A stretch of DNA of 64,000 nucleotides, taken from positions 15,562,001 through 15,626,000 of the forward strand of contig CM120645.1 in the NCBI GenBank assembly GCA_051362555.1, read 5' to 3'. A program made the translations under genes and the position numbers. Below, piece by piece: positions 11,664 through 24,300 of the stretch (the first letter of the stretch is position 1; each line of letters begins with the position of its first letter). Under the pieces are notes generated by a model. It saw nothing but the letters and a program-made list of their open reading frames with translations, ran no database searches and had not been told where the DNA came from. The stretch comes from Lingula anatina. Taxonomy: Eukaryota > Animalia > Brachiopoda.

Positions 11664-12935
11664 ATGCTCAACGCTACCTTGATATCGAATGAAACTGTGG
11701 AGGGTGGCGTTGTTCCACTGAACGGATCAAATGTGGCCGCTCCCCCCTGTCAACGCATGACCTGCGTCGTCTTTATCACCGTTGAAGCCTTGATATCACT
11801 GATATCGGTAACGTCTAACTGTTTTGTCATTTTTGCGTTTTGGAAGTTCAAGTGGCTTCGGTCGAACACTAACATAGCCATTGTGAGTTTAGCACTGGTT
11901 GACGTTTTGACCGGTCTAATTAGTATGCCTTACAATATAACCTTAACGTATCTCGTCGACATTATTCCAGCACTACATCATTTGGCTTTCAACAAGTACT
12001 TCTGCATCGGAAAAACAGTGGCAGTGGGTTTGTTCCTTGGAGTTTCAATGCTCATTCAGACTCTGATTTCTTTTGAAAGATATGTCAAAATATGCTGGCA
12101 TACTCACTATCAAAGAATTTTACCAAAAAAGAGATTTTATTTCATCACCGGTATGTGCTACTTGTATATGTTCATTTTGAATTCTATACCCTTAATGGGA
12201 TGGAATAACTGGACTCCGGGGGTGGAGTGTAGGGCAGAGAAGACAATGTAAGGTTTCTTGCGTTACCTTGGAACACCACATATTCCTGTTTGTCTATTGG
12301 TTGCTGTAAGTTTCTACATCGCGATATTTAGAAAAGTCAAGAAACAAAAACAACAAATTGGGCAATACGGCAATGCACTGCAAGGCACTTCATTGCATAG
12401 GTTGCAAACTGTTACACCGGAAAACCAAACAGCTAGTAACAGCGTGGGGCTGAAATTTCCTTCAGCTGCAGGCCCATCAGCATCACCCAATGCGACAGCC
12501 AGCCTCGGAGGTCTAAATACGGTTTCCTGTGTCATCCCGGGACCAAGTATGGGAGGTGAAAGTGGAATAACCGGTACCACTGATATGGCGTCATTGGAGG
12601 CGACAACGTCCAGAGGAGGTCCTTCTACGTCTCATACCCGCACTGACAAGCCTAAAAGAGTGACAATCAAATTACCGACCAGCAATACGGAGGCTAGGCT
12701 TGCAAAAATGACTGCAATTATTCTCGGTTGCTTTTTTGCTCTGTATTGTCCATACCCGATCATCTTTTGGTGCGAAAAACTCTTTGAGAAGGATAGTTTG
12801 ACATATGCTGTTCTTCGAAACATTGCCGTGGAATTTGCATCGTTAAGTTCAGCAATTAATCCGTTCATATATGGTTTGATGAATTCCAAATTTAGGCGAT
12901 CATTTTTTAAAATGTTAAAATGCGACAGGGCATAA
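11664..12935 (+). pseudogene. Intronless rhodopsin-like (class A) GPCR with a single in-frame TAA stop
   Basis: ORFs 11664-12251 and 12258-12935 are in the same frame (...ACA ATG TAA GGT TTC TTG...). Together they give 7 TM helices with N-terminal sequons (NAT, NET, NGS), TM1 TSN, TM2 SLALVD, TM3 C...ERY, TM4 PLMGWN, an ECL2 Cys, TM6 FALYCPYP, TM7 NPFIY and helix 8 FRRSF. Ligand class cannot be assigned. Confidence 0.85.
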
Positions 12936-14153
12936 ACATCAATATTTAAATATAGAAAACATCAAACTTGTTTATACAACGTGACAAATTATTATGTTAA
13001 CTTAAGGTGGCGACGTATCTTTAAAATATCACGACTAGCATCACAGCACCGGGTAGCGAGGTTGATATTGATATCAATTTAATATAGGCTACTCAATGAA
13101 AAGCAGATTACGCTTTCTAATGGAAAAGACTTCTACTTGACGACAGCGTGAGGTTCACACTGTGAAGCTGGATAAAATAAAGTGTCTACGCCTTACCATT
13201 AAGAAACAACTGTACACATACCCATGAATACCTCAGGTAAAACATCTTCTGTTCTTTTAATGATATGATAAAATGCGTAGACAAGTGTAAATTTTATGTC
13301 TGAGGGACAATCAAAATGTTATTTTCATCAGCTGAAAGACCATGATAATTTTTCATAGTTGTAACGATTAAATTTATATAGATAACAATGTTAAGTAATC
13401 TGTTATGTGTGTTTATTATCAACCATTCACTTATTAGTGAATATTAGTGAATGTGTCCCATATAAGGTCCCTATAACAATATATACATGTATATTACCCC
13501 TGTTATTTGATATAAGTACTGGGGCGGTGATTTCCCTATGACATTGTAGTTGAATATGCTATTTTAATATTAATTCATATATTGTTGTGGTCACTAACAG
13601 TGATATTTTTGGCTGACATTTTAATTACAAACACATTCTATTTATCCCAAACTGTTAACAAAATGTTATGAGGATATTAAAATGAATACCCCCAAAAGTC
13701 GACGTTGCCTACATACACGCTTGCTGCTATACATTAGACTGTTAGTCGTGTGGAGGTTATTTTAAAAACTTTGTTTGTAATTTCGATTTAGTCAGCTCGT
13801 ATGTGTATGTATGGTCTTTCTGAAATCCAGGCAAAACAGCCAAAGAACAGCAGCTAGCTGGCAAGATTAACCAACTGGTTTATTCCTTATTAATCTCTAA
13901 CTCTAACGAGATCAATATACCTCGGGATGTGATTCAAATACTTCAATTTCTTCAACTGTTTCAACAAAAAGTTTTCCTCCGTTTTATACTTAAAATCGAC
14001 CACCGACTGTCCAAGGCCCTCCCTTGCTCTCGTGCATTTTAAAATTTTTTTCTAGCTCAAATCAAATCAAATATATATATTTATAATAAAAAGAACAGCA
14101 GCTATTTTGCCCCGACCAGTTTCAATGCATCTTCAGGGGTTTGTTAATTTTGG

Positions 14154-14156
<3 letters not shown>

Positions 14157-14194
<38 letters not shown>
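14157..14194. repeat. (AT)n microsatellite
   Basis: Pure AT run. Confidence 0.9.
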
Positions 14195-14197
<3 letters not shown>

Positions 14198-15557
14198 TGT
14201 ATAATTTAGATGTGAAATATGGCGAAATTGGGTTATCAATATCATGCTATTCATACCAAGCTTACGTGTACAATTAAGGTCCGAAATATACTGATATTGT
14301 GTAACTTATTGTTTGTATTTGTTTTCTATCATTTAAATGAGAAGATTTCCCTTATTTTCCCAACATTTTATATAAATACATTACTGTTTTAAGGAATATA
14401 TAACAATTAAAATTAAATATAACCCGGAACATACGTTATCGGAATATACGTTACTATTTAAGCTCGTTACTGAATGAACGGACATCTGCTCTCTAACGTG
14501 TAATTGTACCACTTGTTTTCTGCGCGACAGATTTCTTGCCTTAGGCTTCAGGTCCAGCAGGGCATTTGCGAGGAATTAATTTCTTTGTGAAAAAATAAGT
14601 TGAAAAGCAGGTGTACAACAAGACAGAGCTAAACAGTGAATTACAGTAGTAATCATGTTCGGTCTTCACATTGATGGATAAGTTTTCATAGATCAGCCCA
14701 AACAATGGCTGAGCATGAAGAGATAGTTGAGTTACAATGTTGTAATGTTTTGTAAATTTTACCTATCAGCAAATGAACCGAACGCGTCGACTCTAGATTC
14801 AAAAGGAGCATGGTTTTGGTTCGTGTCTCTTTTTACAAAAGTCACTAAAGTGGATATTCAAATATTGGCTTATTCTTACCTCTTGGTCTATCGCGGCGTT
14901 TATTTTGTGGTATGGCTTTGGGTAAATGTTGGACTGTAGTGAAAAAAAAAATTCATAAGGTGTCATTTTGAATAAGCCGTAAGATTTTGGACGTATTTTA
15001 ATAAAACGGTATTACCAATATTAACTTGCTTTATTTCGCATAGCTTAGATTCGGTATCAGGACCCCCGATGTCAAGCAAAACAGTCCTACCATTCTATGG
15101 TCCGTCCGATCTGGTGTTTTAAAAGTGACAGTCCGGCAGACTTTCTGTATCGAAATAACTCTAAGTTCTAAAATGTAGAATCCTACCTGGGCAGTATGAC
15201 AGTGTGGAATATCCTGGGGCCCTATGTTTTAAAATCAAAGGTCGGCATTGAAGGGTAATTATAAAGAAAAAGTTCAATTTATTATATTTATTCAAAATAA
15301 GGATAAACATGATCAAAATTTTGCTGTATAAAGTCACACCCATCGTGTGCCTTCAAACACATCCGGACTCTCACAATTAGGAAGAAAGCATACATAAGCA
15401 AAGAAGAAAATGCAAATGTAAACTCGGAAGGCGATTTATTTTCTTTTTAGTTTTGTGACCAGTGCTCTAGGACTCAAAGAAGCAAGGTGTTGCCCTATAC
15501 AATATTTTAAGATTAAACATTACACATCAGTATATAATTTGTACATCGAATACAGCC

Positions 15558-15645
15558 TGAATACAGCCTGGGTAGTGGTTGTGATAGTCAAAGATGACGC
15601 ATCGTCAAATGTTCTCTATTGGCACTTTTACATAAGACGTACGTA
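15558..15645 (-). pseudogene. Third remnant of mytimycin-like exon 3
   Basis: Minus strand reads ...gacgatgcgtcatctttgactatcacaaccactacccaggctgtattc (DDASSLTITTTTQAVF). It is homologous to 4699-4802 and 22782-22886 and is truncated by a deletion. Confidence 0.65.
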
Positions 15646-17000
15646 TCTTTGATCAAATACTACCGTATACCATGGGTTAGTTATGCCATCAGGATTTCAT
15701 GAAAAAGATTCGAATAAGCACGTGTCGCAGTTAAAAAAACACGTTTACTCTATAAATTTAGAGGTGGATTTCATGTTCCTGTTTTTGTCAAGAGTAATGC
15801 TGTTTGGGATATGTCGATCTAATTTAAACACCAGGCTTTCCTTTTCTCTTTCACAAAATGATGTCGTTTTGATAATAATTGGCATTATTAAAATTTTACT
15901 TTTAGCAGCGTCGTTATGTATAAAATATCATGTTTCAACTGAAGTCAGAACAAGTTGATATCTAATTAAGAGCAATGTTGAAAAACACAGCCTTGTGCAT
16001 GCCAATTAGTTTTGGCGACAAAGAACTCAATGTACCATTAATCAGAAGAAAAAGGTAATTATATCAGGATTAAATGAGACTTATCCTTCTAAGCAATTAA
16101 ATGCTCACTGCGGTTTGAAACACGTGTTCTCAGCATGTGAAAGCAGACAGTTGGAACCCATATCCTGTTGTTTCATATTTTCTTACACCATACAATCATT
16201 CATTCATTCAGAAATAATCACCACCTTTAAAATGCATTTGATGTTAAGTTAAGGCGCGAACGAAAAAGGTCTTTCTCTCTGCTCTTTTTGCACTCCCTTT
16301 GTAATAAAGTACAAAATGTAAAAAGTGATATTGAAAAAAATTCAAACTATACTGGGCTAACAGTAAATCACAGTGCATTTTTAGCATTTTTAACGGTATC
16401 AAAGCACTATACCTAACCTAGTTTGGCCTTAGCTGTACCTATACAAGCGGTGAGATTCAGAATGTATTTACTCCAACAATTAATTTACTTTACCAAGTAT
16501 ATCAAGGCAACAGCACCTGTTGATATCCAAGCTTGCGCCACACATTAGCATACACCTAACACTCTTAACTTTGCCTTGGGGCTTTCATCGAACATGTGCT
16601 CATGCAAACATGCATGTGCTCATATTTGACCCACGTAATAAGAAATGATGATTAAAATCATTACTGCGTGGGAAAAAAATAAAATGCCTACATCTATTAA
16701 TTCCTCAGGGTGTGACAACTATGTTGAGCAACAGTGAATTACAATCGATGGAGTTCAACATTTATTTGCTCCATCAATTTATTTACTTTACCAAGTATAT
16801 CAAGGCAACAGCACCTGTTGATATCCAAGCTTGCACCACACATTAGCATACATCTAACACTCTTAACTTTGCCTTGGGGCTTTCATCGAACATGTGCTCA
16901 TATTTGACCCAGGTAATAAGAAATGATCACTAAAATTATTACTGCATGGAAGAAAAAACAAAACAAAACAAAACAAAATGCCTACATTTAAGAATTAAAA

Positions 17001-17927
17001 AACCTATATCAATTCCTCGGGGTGTGACATCTATGCTGAGCAGGAGTTTATTACAATACTCTGCTTCGGTAGAATTTTAATTAATATATTAAGATACAGT
17101 GTAAATCCCCATTATGTAATAAAACAGCACGAAACATCGTTATGATACAGATTAGTTGTTTATCTGGATACAAAGTCCATAATACCTTAAAACCTTGGAA
17201 AATTTCTGATTGGTTTGATTAACTATGGATTACCAAACTGTGAAACTGCATATGACACCGCAGGGACTGGGATTGTGGTAGGAGTGGTATGCCACAAAGT
17301 ACAGCAAGTATTTAAAAACCTATATCAATTTCTCGGGGTGTGACAACTATGCTGAGCAACAGTTAATTACAATACTCTGCTTCAGTAGAATTTTAATTAA
17401 TATTTTAAAATACAGTGTTAATCCCCATTATGTAATAAAACAGCACGAAACATCGTTATGATACAGATTAGTTTTTTATCTGGATACAAGGTCCATAATA
17501 CCTTAAAACCTTGGACATTTTCTGATTGGTTTGATTAACTATGGATTACCAAACTGTGAAATTGCATGTGACACCGCAGGGACTGGGATTGTGGTAGGAG
17601 TGGTATGCCACAAAGTGCAGCAAGAATTTAAAAACCTATATCAATTTCTCGGGGTGTGACAACTATGCTGAGCAACAGTTAATTACATTACTCTGCTTCA
17701 GTAGAATTTTAATTAATATTTTAAAATACAGTGTAAATCCCCATTATGTAATAAAACAGCACGAAACATCGTTATGATACAGATTAGTTGTTTATCTGGA
17801 TACAAGGTCCATAATACCTTAAAACCTTGGAAAATTTCTGATTGGTTTGATTAACTATGGATTACCAAACTGTGAAACTGCATGTGACACCGCAGGGACT
17901 GGGATTGTGGTATGCCACAAAGTACAG
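17001..17927. repeat. Tandem repeat, ~316-bp unit x3, nested in the segmental duplication
   Basis: aacctatatcaatt(c/t)ctcggggtgtgaca recurs at ~17001, ~17317 and ~17633 with near-identical following sequence. A further ~300-bp duplication at ~16450-16745 / 16750-16985 precedes it. Confidence 0.9.
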
Positions 17928-19204
17928 CAGGAGTTCAAGGCGATTTGCAGAGCTCCAGGTAATTTATTGGGTGTTATGATTGAAGTGGCACATTTCCATC
18001 ACACCATCCTGTTTTTGGCTGGATGATTATTATGAAATTTCTGTGGTTAGATTATTTTTGTATATTTTCTGGAATATTTCAGTAGATGTCATTTTGTCTG
18101 CTGCAGAGGCTGAACGGTCCGTTTTCTAACCGATGAGCGCCAACATTCAATGAGCGTGATTAGATATAAAATATCAGTGGTCTGCGTATTTCTATTTGTT
18201 TGCGACCATGTCGCTTGCCTTTCCGCTTTGCTTTGATCGTTGAATTTCCGAGATATCCACATTATTGACGCCCGTTTTCTTTAAGAAGAAAAAGTTACTG
18301 TACAAGCCATCGTAAAGTAAGCATTTTTTTTTTTTTGTTTAAGCATGGAGAAATGATTTGGATAGTTTTTGTATTCAAATTTACATGTATGTATGCATTT
18401 ACGATCATTTTACTGATTCTGCTATGTACTGTTTATCAAAATATATAATGATCCCTGAGCCGCACCTGTTTAATCCGGTTATCAATAAATGACCAAATTT
18501 TTTAATCACTGCTTTTCCTTGCTTCCATTGTTTGCTTTTTTATTTAGCCTTAATTGAACCATTTTCATCACCTGTTTCCTTCTTTGGTGTTTAGACCATT
18601 ATACTGCATTGATATTAAAATATTCTACCGGGTCAGCTGTTCCCCTGTTTTATATATTTTCTATTTTGTTTTACGGCTGCCACTGACATGCCTTTAAATA
18701 TTTATACATTTACATTTGTTTCAATTTGTTTCGATGTCTGCATTACCAGGTGAACTAAACTTTCATGGGTTTCTGGTCGACTTTCTGTCACAAGGTTACA
18801 AGTATTTTGAAGTTGTTATGCTCCTCTGTTCTGGATAGTAAACCAGCTATGTATGTTTTGCCTAGTTGTGAGCTACCATTACCTTATTAAGTTTTCATCG
18901 GTCGCCTAGATGTTTACTTATTTTATTTCTAATTCTACTTTTAGGTGATTCTCGCCTAGTTGGTGTTACCAGATGTCCCTGTTATTTTATGTTCACGACC
19001 GATCTGAGGCTGTTGTCCGCATGGTTTTTTTCCATGGCGGTGGACTGGGAGATATACTGTACTTATGTTATCAATAAGGCTCGGGGCATATACAGGCAGT
19101 GCATTGGTTGGGTTTATATCTTTTAAATAAAACCATCTATAAAGGTGTATGTAGTTACACACATCTCATATACATGTTTTTAAATTTATTTTGGGGAGAC
19201 CCAT

Positions 19205-19415
19205 AAAGCTATTCACCAGCTATCCAGTGGCAAAACACCTGGCTCAGACTCCATCCCAGCTGAAGTCTACAAAGATGGTGGCATAGTGGTGACTGAGAAG
19301 TTACAACTGTTCCAGCTCATCTGGCAGCACGAGACAGTTCTACGGGACTTCAAAGATGCTTCCATTATACACCAAGCGCCAAGGTAATCGCCATGCATGT
19401 GAAAATCATCGTGGC
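19205..19415 (+). mobile_element. RTE-clade LINE reverse-transcriptase fragment (frameshifted)
   Basis: Reads KAIHQLSSGKTPGSDSIPAEVYKDGGIVVTEKL / QLFQLIWQHETVLRDFKDASIIH / KRQGNRHACENHRG. This matches the K-x-P-G-x-D-x-I-P-A-E ... N-H-R-G region at the start of the RT domain of RTE/BovB-type LINEs. Confidence 0.85.
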
Positions 19416-20062
19416 TAAATCGTGCCTCGTACAGCATCCATATAGAAAACACTGTATCTAATTACCGAACCAATGCGGGCCGTCATCAGTAAGTAGACGT
19501 GTGAACAGAGTACCTCGATGTTTGCTTTCAAAAGATTGTGAAAACATATACAAAGCAAAATAAAACAAAACAAAACAGAAAACTAAGTTTCAATGCACAG
19601 CTTAGTTTTTACATGAATGTGGTGATCAGTATAGATTCAGATGGAACATTTATAAATGTCAACCTTTTAATATCATCGTGTGTGTGTTTGAGAGAGAGAG
19701 AGAGTTTGAGAGAGAACAGGCCGTCATAAGGTAGCTTCATAAAGCCGGCTTTTTGAATGGGTTAGTAAAATACCTGTAACTGATGATATTTCATTAACTC
19801 TAGTATTCTGTAAATTCTAATGAACGGGAGAGAAGTGACTTAAAGATTAGAAAACAGCGTGGTCTACGGTACCATAATTACATTTCTGAAGTACATTGAT
19901 AAAATGTCATATCAAAATATACGCTGCATATTGGAATCAAAATAAGCGTATCACGGTTAAACACTTTCTTAAATTCATCATAATTTCAGATGGTGACTGG
20001 CGTAGTTTTCACCGCATTTATTGCAGCAAGTTGTTCGACATATTTTGATAGCGGTGTAATTA

Positions 20063-20104
<42 letters not shown>

Positions 20105-20317
20105 GTATCAATCGCTTAATTGTTAAAAGTATTTTGAACATGCTTAAGTGGTCCCACACTTAGGTACATGTAAAATATGCTAGTGGCGAGTATCAGCACA
20201 GTCTTCTCTCCTTCTACAGCCACCCCTACTGTACACTGACAGCCGAATATGCTACACCCTCCAAAACTACCCTGCAAAAGAGTGAATGAAATTAATAGCT
20301 AATTTTCATTTAGGCCT

Positions 20318-20860
20318 ACAGTGTGCGTTTCAAAAATGAAACAGACCTCTGATCACTTCTTTTGGACTACCGATGTTAAACACAAATTGTACCCGTATGG
20401 CGTCGTAATGAAAGCAGCGATAGTACGAACATAGATTATGAATTCGCACCCGTCGTGAGTCGCAAGGAGATCAGAACGAAGCCAAGTATGAGACGGCCAC
20501 CGGAAGAGTACTCCAAGAATTTGTTACAAAACTTATGTATCGGTAAAGAATATAAGATCAGTGGATATAGTATACATAATGGCCGTTTCGTGCAAATGAA
20601 GGCCGTTTAGCAAACTTGGACTTTGTCAAAACGCAGTTTCTATACACTTTATAAGCTTTTTAGTATGGCGTTAGTTAGTTTTTCATACATGTAGCGTCGG
20701 CTTTTTTCAGTTGCATTTAGCAAAAAGGGAAACTAAAACACTTGTAAATTACATTTGTACGTGGCTTACGTACTGTATGTCTAAAATTAAAATCAATTTC
20801 AAACTTCGTCCCTCCATTTACTTTTTGAAAATGGAATTTGGCCCCACATTCATTAATCTC
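20318..20860. repeat. Direct repeat copy 1 (downstream flank of mytimycin-like gene)
   Basis: Matches 25661-26368 in the same orientation (ggactaccgatgttaaacacaaattgtacccgtatggcgtcg ... aatggaatttggccccacattca). Confidence 0.9.
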
Positions 20861-21385
20861 TTAATCAGTGAAATAAGGCTTAAAACTGAATTTTTTCTTC
20901 ATAACTGGTCGTAAATTGACATTGTATTTATCTTTTCCTCCAGTTCGTAAATGTTCTTTAAATAAGGTATTTTACTGCGAGTGCATTGAAAAATCACCAC
21001 TCTCACTGCTATGTATGGATGCATAGCTGCCAGCATTGACATAACGGCAGCTTTATATGGCCTATTATTTTTATATGGGTAAAAGAATATGAGCAATTTA
21101 AAATTGTGCTATGACATATATAACTATAATATTACTATAAAGTGGTTCAATAATTCATCATTTAATCAATCATTTTGTTGAAACGTCCCTTTTTTGTGCG
21201 TTATTGTTTCAAGGGTAAATCTAGTATTACAACATGAAAACAATCAAAAAGTCTGACTAATGTCCTTAACCTCATCCGAATAAATTGGTGTTACCAAACG
21301 TCAAGGAGAGCCATTTCTTGGCAAACCAAAGTTTAAATGCATCAAGATATATATTTTTTATCCGTATTGTCGACACAGACGAGCG

Positions 21386-24300
21386 TTACTTTTTCAGCTC
21401 GGCATCGAATTCACCTGGATCAATCATTTCGTCATTATTCATGTCCAGGTCAAATTCAGCAAGAAGATCGACGCTGCTTCTTTTTTTCGACAAGGTCATT
21501 GCAGCCTCTGTAAACTCAGCCTTAGAGACGTGATCATCACTAAAACATGCGTTTGTCATTAATGCAGAATAAATTAATGAAGACGTCCAATATATCAATA
21601 CATTTAAACCAATAAGGGTAGATTCAATCTCATTCAGTTTCTTACTGCCTTGAATATGTAGTAAGCTTTTTAATGACTGTAACGGAAAGTATTGCAGTCA
21701 TTTATGTAAACAAAGACATTAAAAATGTCTTTCTTCTGTTCGTATAAACCTGCCCTTGGTTTTTTATCAACGAGCCGCTCCATTCAACTTCCTTATAACA
21801 TAAGAAACAGAATAAACTATTACTCGACAACTGATTTCACCTCCGCTCAAAAATACACTACTCTTAATTATTGCCTTTTTTAAATTCGAACAATTTAGCT
21901 TTAGCATAATATATACAGCACCCAAAAGGGAATAATTTATTTCAACAAAAGCATTACATTAAGCGAATGCCGCTTTGGCAGATGCAAGTAGAATATGTAA
22001 ATGATTTTTATACAGCCACACCGTTTACTACCCTTAAAGCAAAAAGCATACAGTTGCTAAGTGGCAAATTTAAAGGTTTTGAGCTGGATGGAACCAGTCT
22101 CATGATAGACACCATTTTAGAGATAAACAAACACCATATCGAGATAAATAAATTGAATACTAGTACATGTAAGAGTTAATGTTGTCCCAATCACGTCCCT
22201 TGCCATCTTAACCAACTTTTTTTTCTCTACAGTTCCACTCTTATATCGGATGCATAGTTGAAATGATTTCTATAACACACTTGTAAAAATTCGCTTAAAT
22301 GAACACATTTCTTATTTTCTGGTAAAAGCTTTTAAAATTCTTTAAAAGTACACACGCTGCCTTGCACTTTGCAATACGTTCATGCTGTTGTCTCTTCACG
22401 TTAGCCTTTTGTTTAACAGTTTAACAGCCTCGCAACCAATTTTTGGAGCTGCGTATATACTGTTATATTTTAGAGAGCAAATTTTATTTTTATAATATTG
22501 CCTGATGAGCATTATTTTACACCATTTTGTGTTGAGTTCAAATCGTTTGTTTTGTTTTTCTTGCAGCTGAATCTTAACTTCAACCAAAACTCCGAAGTAA
22601 ATCGTTTAGGTATCTTAAATATTTCATTGACTGGCACACTGTCTATTGCCGTCAACGTTTCGAACTACGGGGTAGATTTGTAGAAATAGTATGGACTTTT
22701 GAGTTAACCTCATTGTGAGTAAACAGTGTGAGTATTTAAACTGACATCCTTAGTGGTTGGGTTTGTTGAAATCCCCCTCACCTGTCTTTGTCAATGTCAC
22801 TGAATACAGCCTTGGTGTTGGCTCTGGTAACCAAGGGCGACGTATAATCAACTGCTCTCTTTTTGTCACATCTGCAAGTGGAGTATCTGTAATTAAAAAG
22901 AAGTGCACTAAGTTACTCATGTCCTTAAATTTTTTTGTTGAAGGGTCGAAATAACATCCCGACGGATAGAAAACGTACGTTTTATCTCTTTAGAAACACA
23001 GCTATAGTATAACATATCTAGGCCAGTTATTTCCAATAATCAAACGGATGACAAATTAAAGAATGTCAAAGGCACGATTGTTTTACTCTTTAGATTATTG
23101 TGAGGGGCAATACTTACATAAAACCCATAGTGAAGCGAGTGTTAACGCAATCCTCTTTCTTTCTGCAGCCGCCATTACAAGCACAACCGAATATGTTACA
23201 CGACCCAACTCCACAATATGGTGACATCTTAAGAAGGATGAATAAATGTAATTGTCTATATTTGTCCTCTGTGGCTTATATAATTAACATACACTCACAA
23301 CGATTATTTGGGTATCATTCTTAATACATTTGCTATACAGTAAGGCCAAAAGCTATATTAGCGATCATACGGACTTTTTATCATACACGCTACACTGTAA
23401 CTTGTAAGTCATTCTTGTAAGAATTAATGTAGAAAACCTTAACGGAGCTATCCCACATGAATAGAGCATACCAGAAATACAGTACTTCGTGAAAAAAAGT
23501 TTTCCCAAGATACCCCAGAACACACAGGGGTAATCCACAGTTTTATACAACCTTCTATTGGACAATGGATGTTATCTACAATCATGGGAACAAAAGTCGC
23601 TCCGATATATTCAGTTAGTTGAATTTAAACTCTGACAACCAGTGGAAGACGGTTACCTTTATTTCTACGAAATACTTGTATCCATATTTTACAACAATAA
23701 AAATTTCACTGTCCTACGGACATGTTTACTAAAATGTTAGGTCCTACGGGCTAGTTGGCCCCGGGGACGGGACAAGTTGGCCCCCTATACCAAAATGAAG
23801 TAAGTGTCCCATGTAAACATCTTGAAATTCATTTTCATACATTTTTAATTTATTAAATTGATTTTAGAGAGTCTTTGATGAATAAATAGTTCAAATAAGG
23901 CAGGCTTATTGAGGTTTCCGTTCGTCACGTTGTGGGGGGGGGGGGGGGGGGGGGGGGGCTATTTGTTGCAAGAACCAAAATATCTATCAATAAATTTTTT
24001 GTTTTAATTAAGAATATTTTATAGTGGTAAAGCAGGTTTTTAATGGACGAAAACGAATAATAAATTTTCGTTTTAAAAGAAAGTAACAACTTCAGTTTTA
24101 AACTATTGATTTGTTTCAATAATGGTCTCTAGCTCTGTTGCGTGCAAAGGTTTGTGGGTAATATGAGGGTCCAACTTGTCCAGAGTCAAGGGGGCCAACT
24201 AGCCCCGGGTGCACATTTTTTTTATTTTAAAGGATGACAGCCATTAATGGTACTAGAATAAGCAACAATGATACATCTCTATGAAACTTGAAACAATGAC

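Larger units (their letters stand above)
1126..18495. repeat. Decayed tandem segmental duplication, ~3.9-kb base unit, about 3 partial copies
   Basis: 1126-4460 aligns closely by eye with 6866-10484 (e.g. attatatctggattaaatgcgactaa at both starts). 14905-15780 matches 3630-4913 with deletions, and 16055-18495 matches 1126-2450 / 6866-8395. The 5740-bp period minus the two MITE insertions gives ~3.9 kb. Confidence 0.9.

Noticed and set aside
12249-12251. Programmed stop-codon readthrough or selenocysteine in the GPCR
   Set aside because: The stop is TAA followed by G, a poor readthrough context and not a Sec codon; mutation or sequencing error is more parsimonious.
12314-12889. Minus-strand ORFs (88 and 85 aa) overlapping the GPCR
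   Set aside because: Antisense shadows of a GC-richer coding region; no independent motifs.
17001-17927. Possible CRISPR-like or satellite array
   Set aside because: Units are ~316 bp and near-identical throughout with no unique spacers, in a eukaryotic context; this is a local tandem duplication.
18500-19190. Possible Penelope/LTR fragment (ORF 18956-19162, YLKD...)
   Set aside because: Only a vague resemblance; no diagnostic RT or integrase motif could be confirmed by eye.
22396-22683. ORF-track ORFs as exons of the mytimycin-like gene
   Set aside because: Phase and homology are fully satisfied by exon 22782-22886; these ORFs lie in an intron and contain no family motif.
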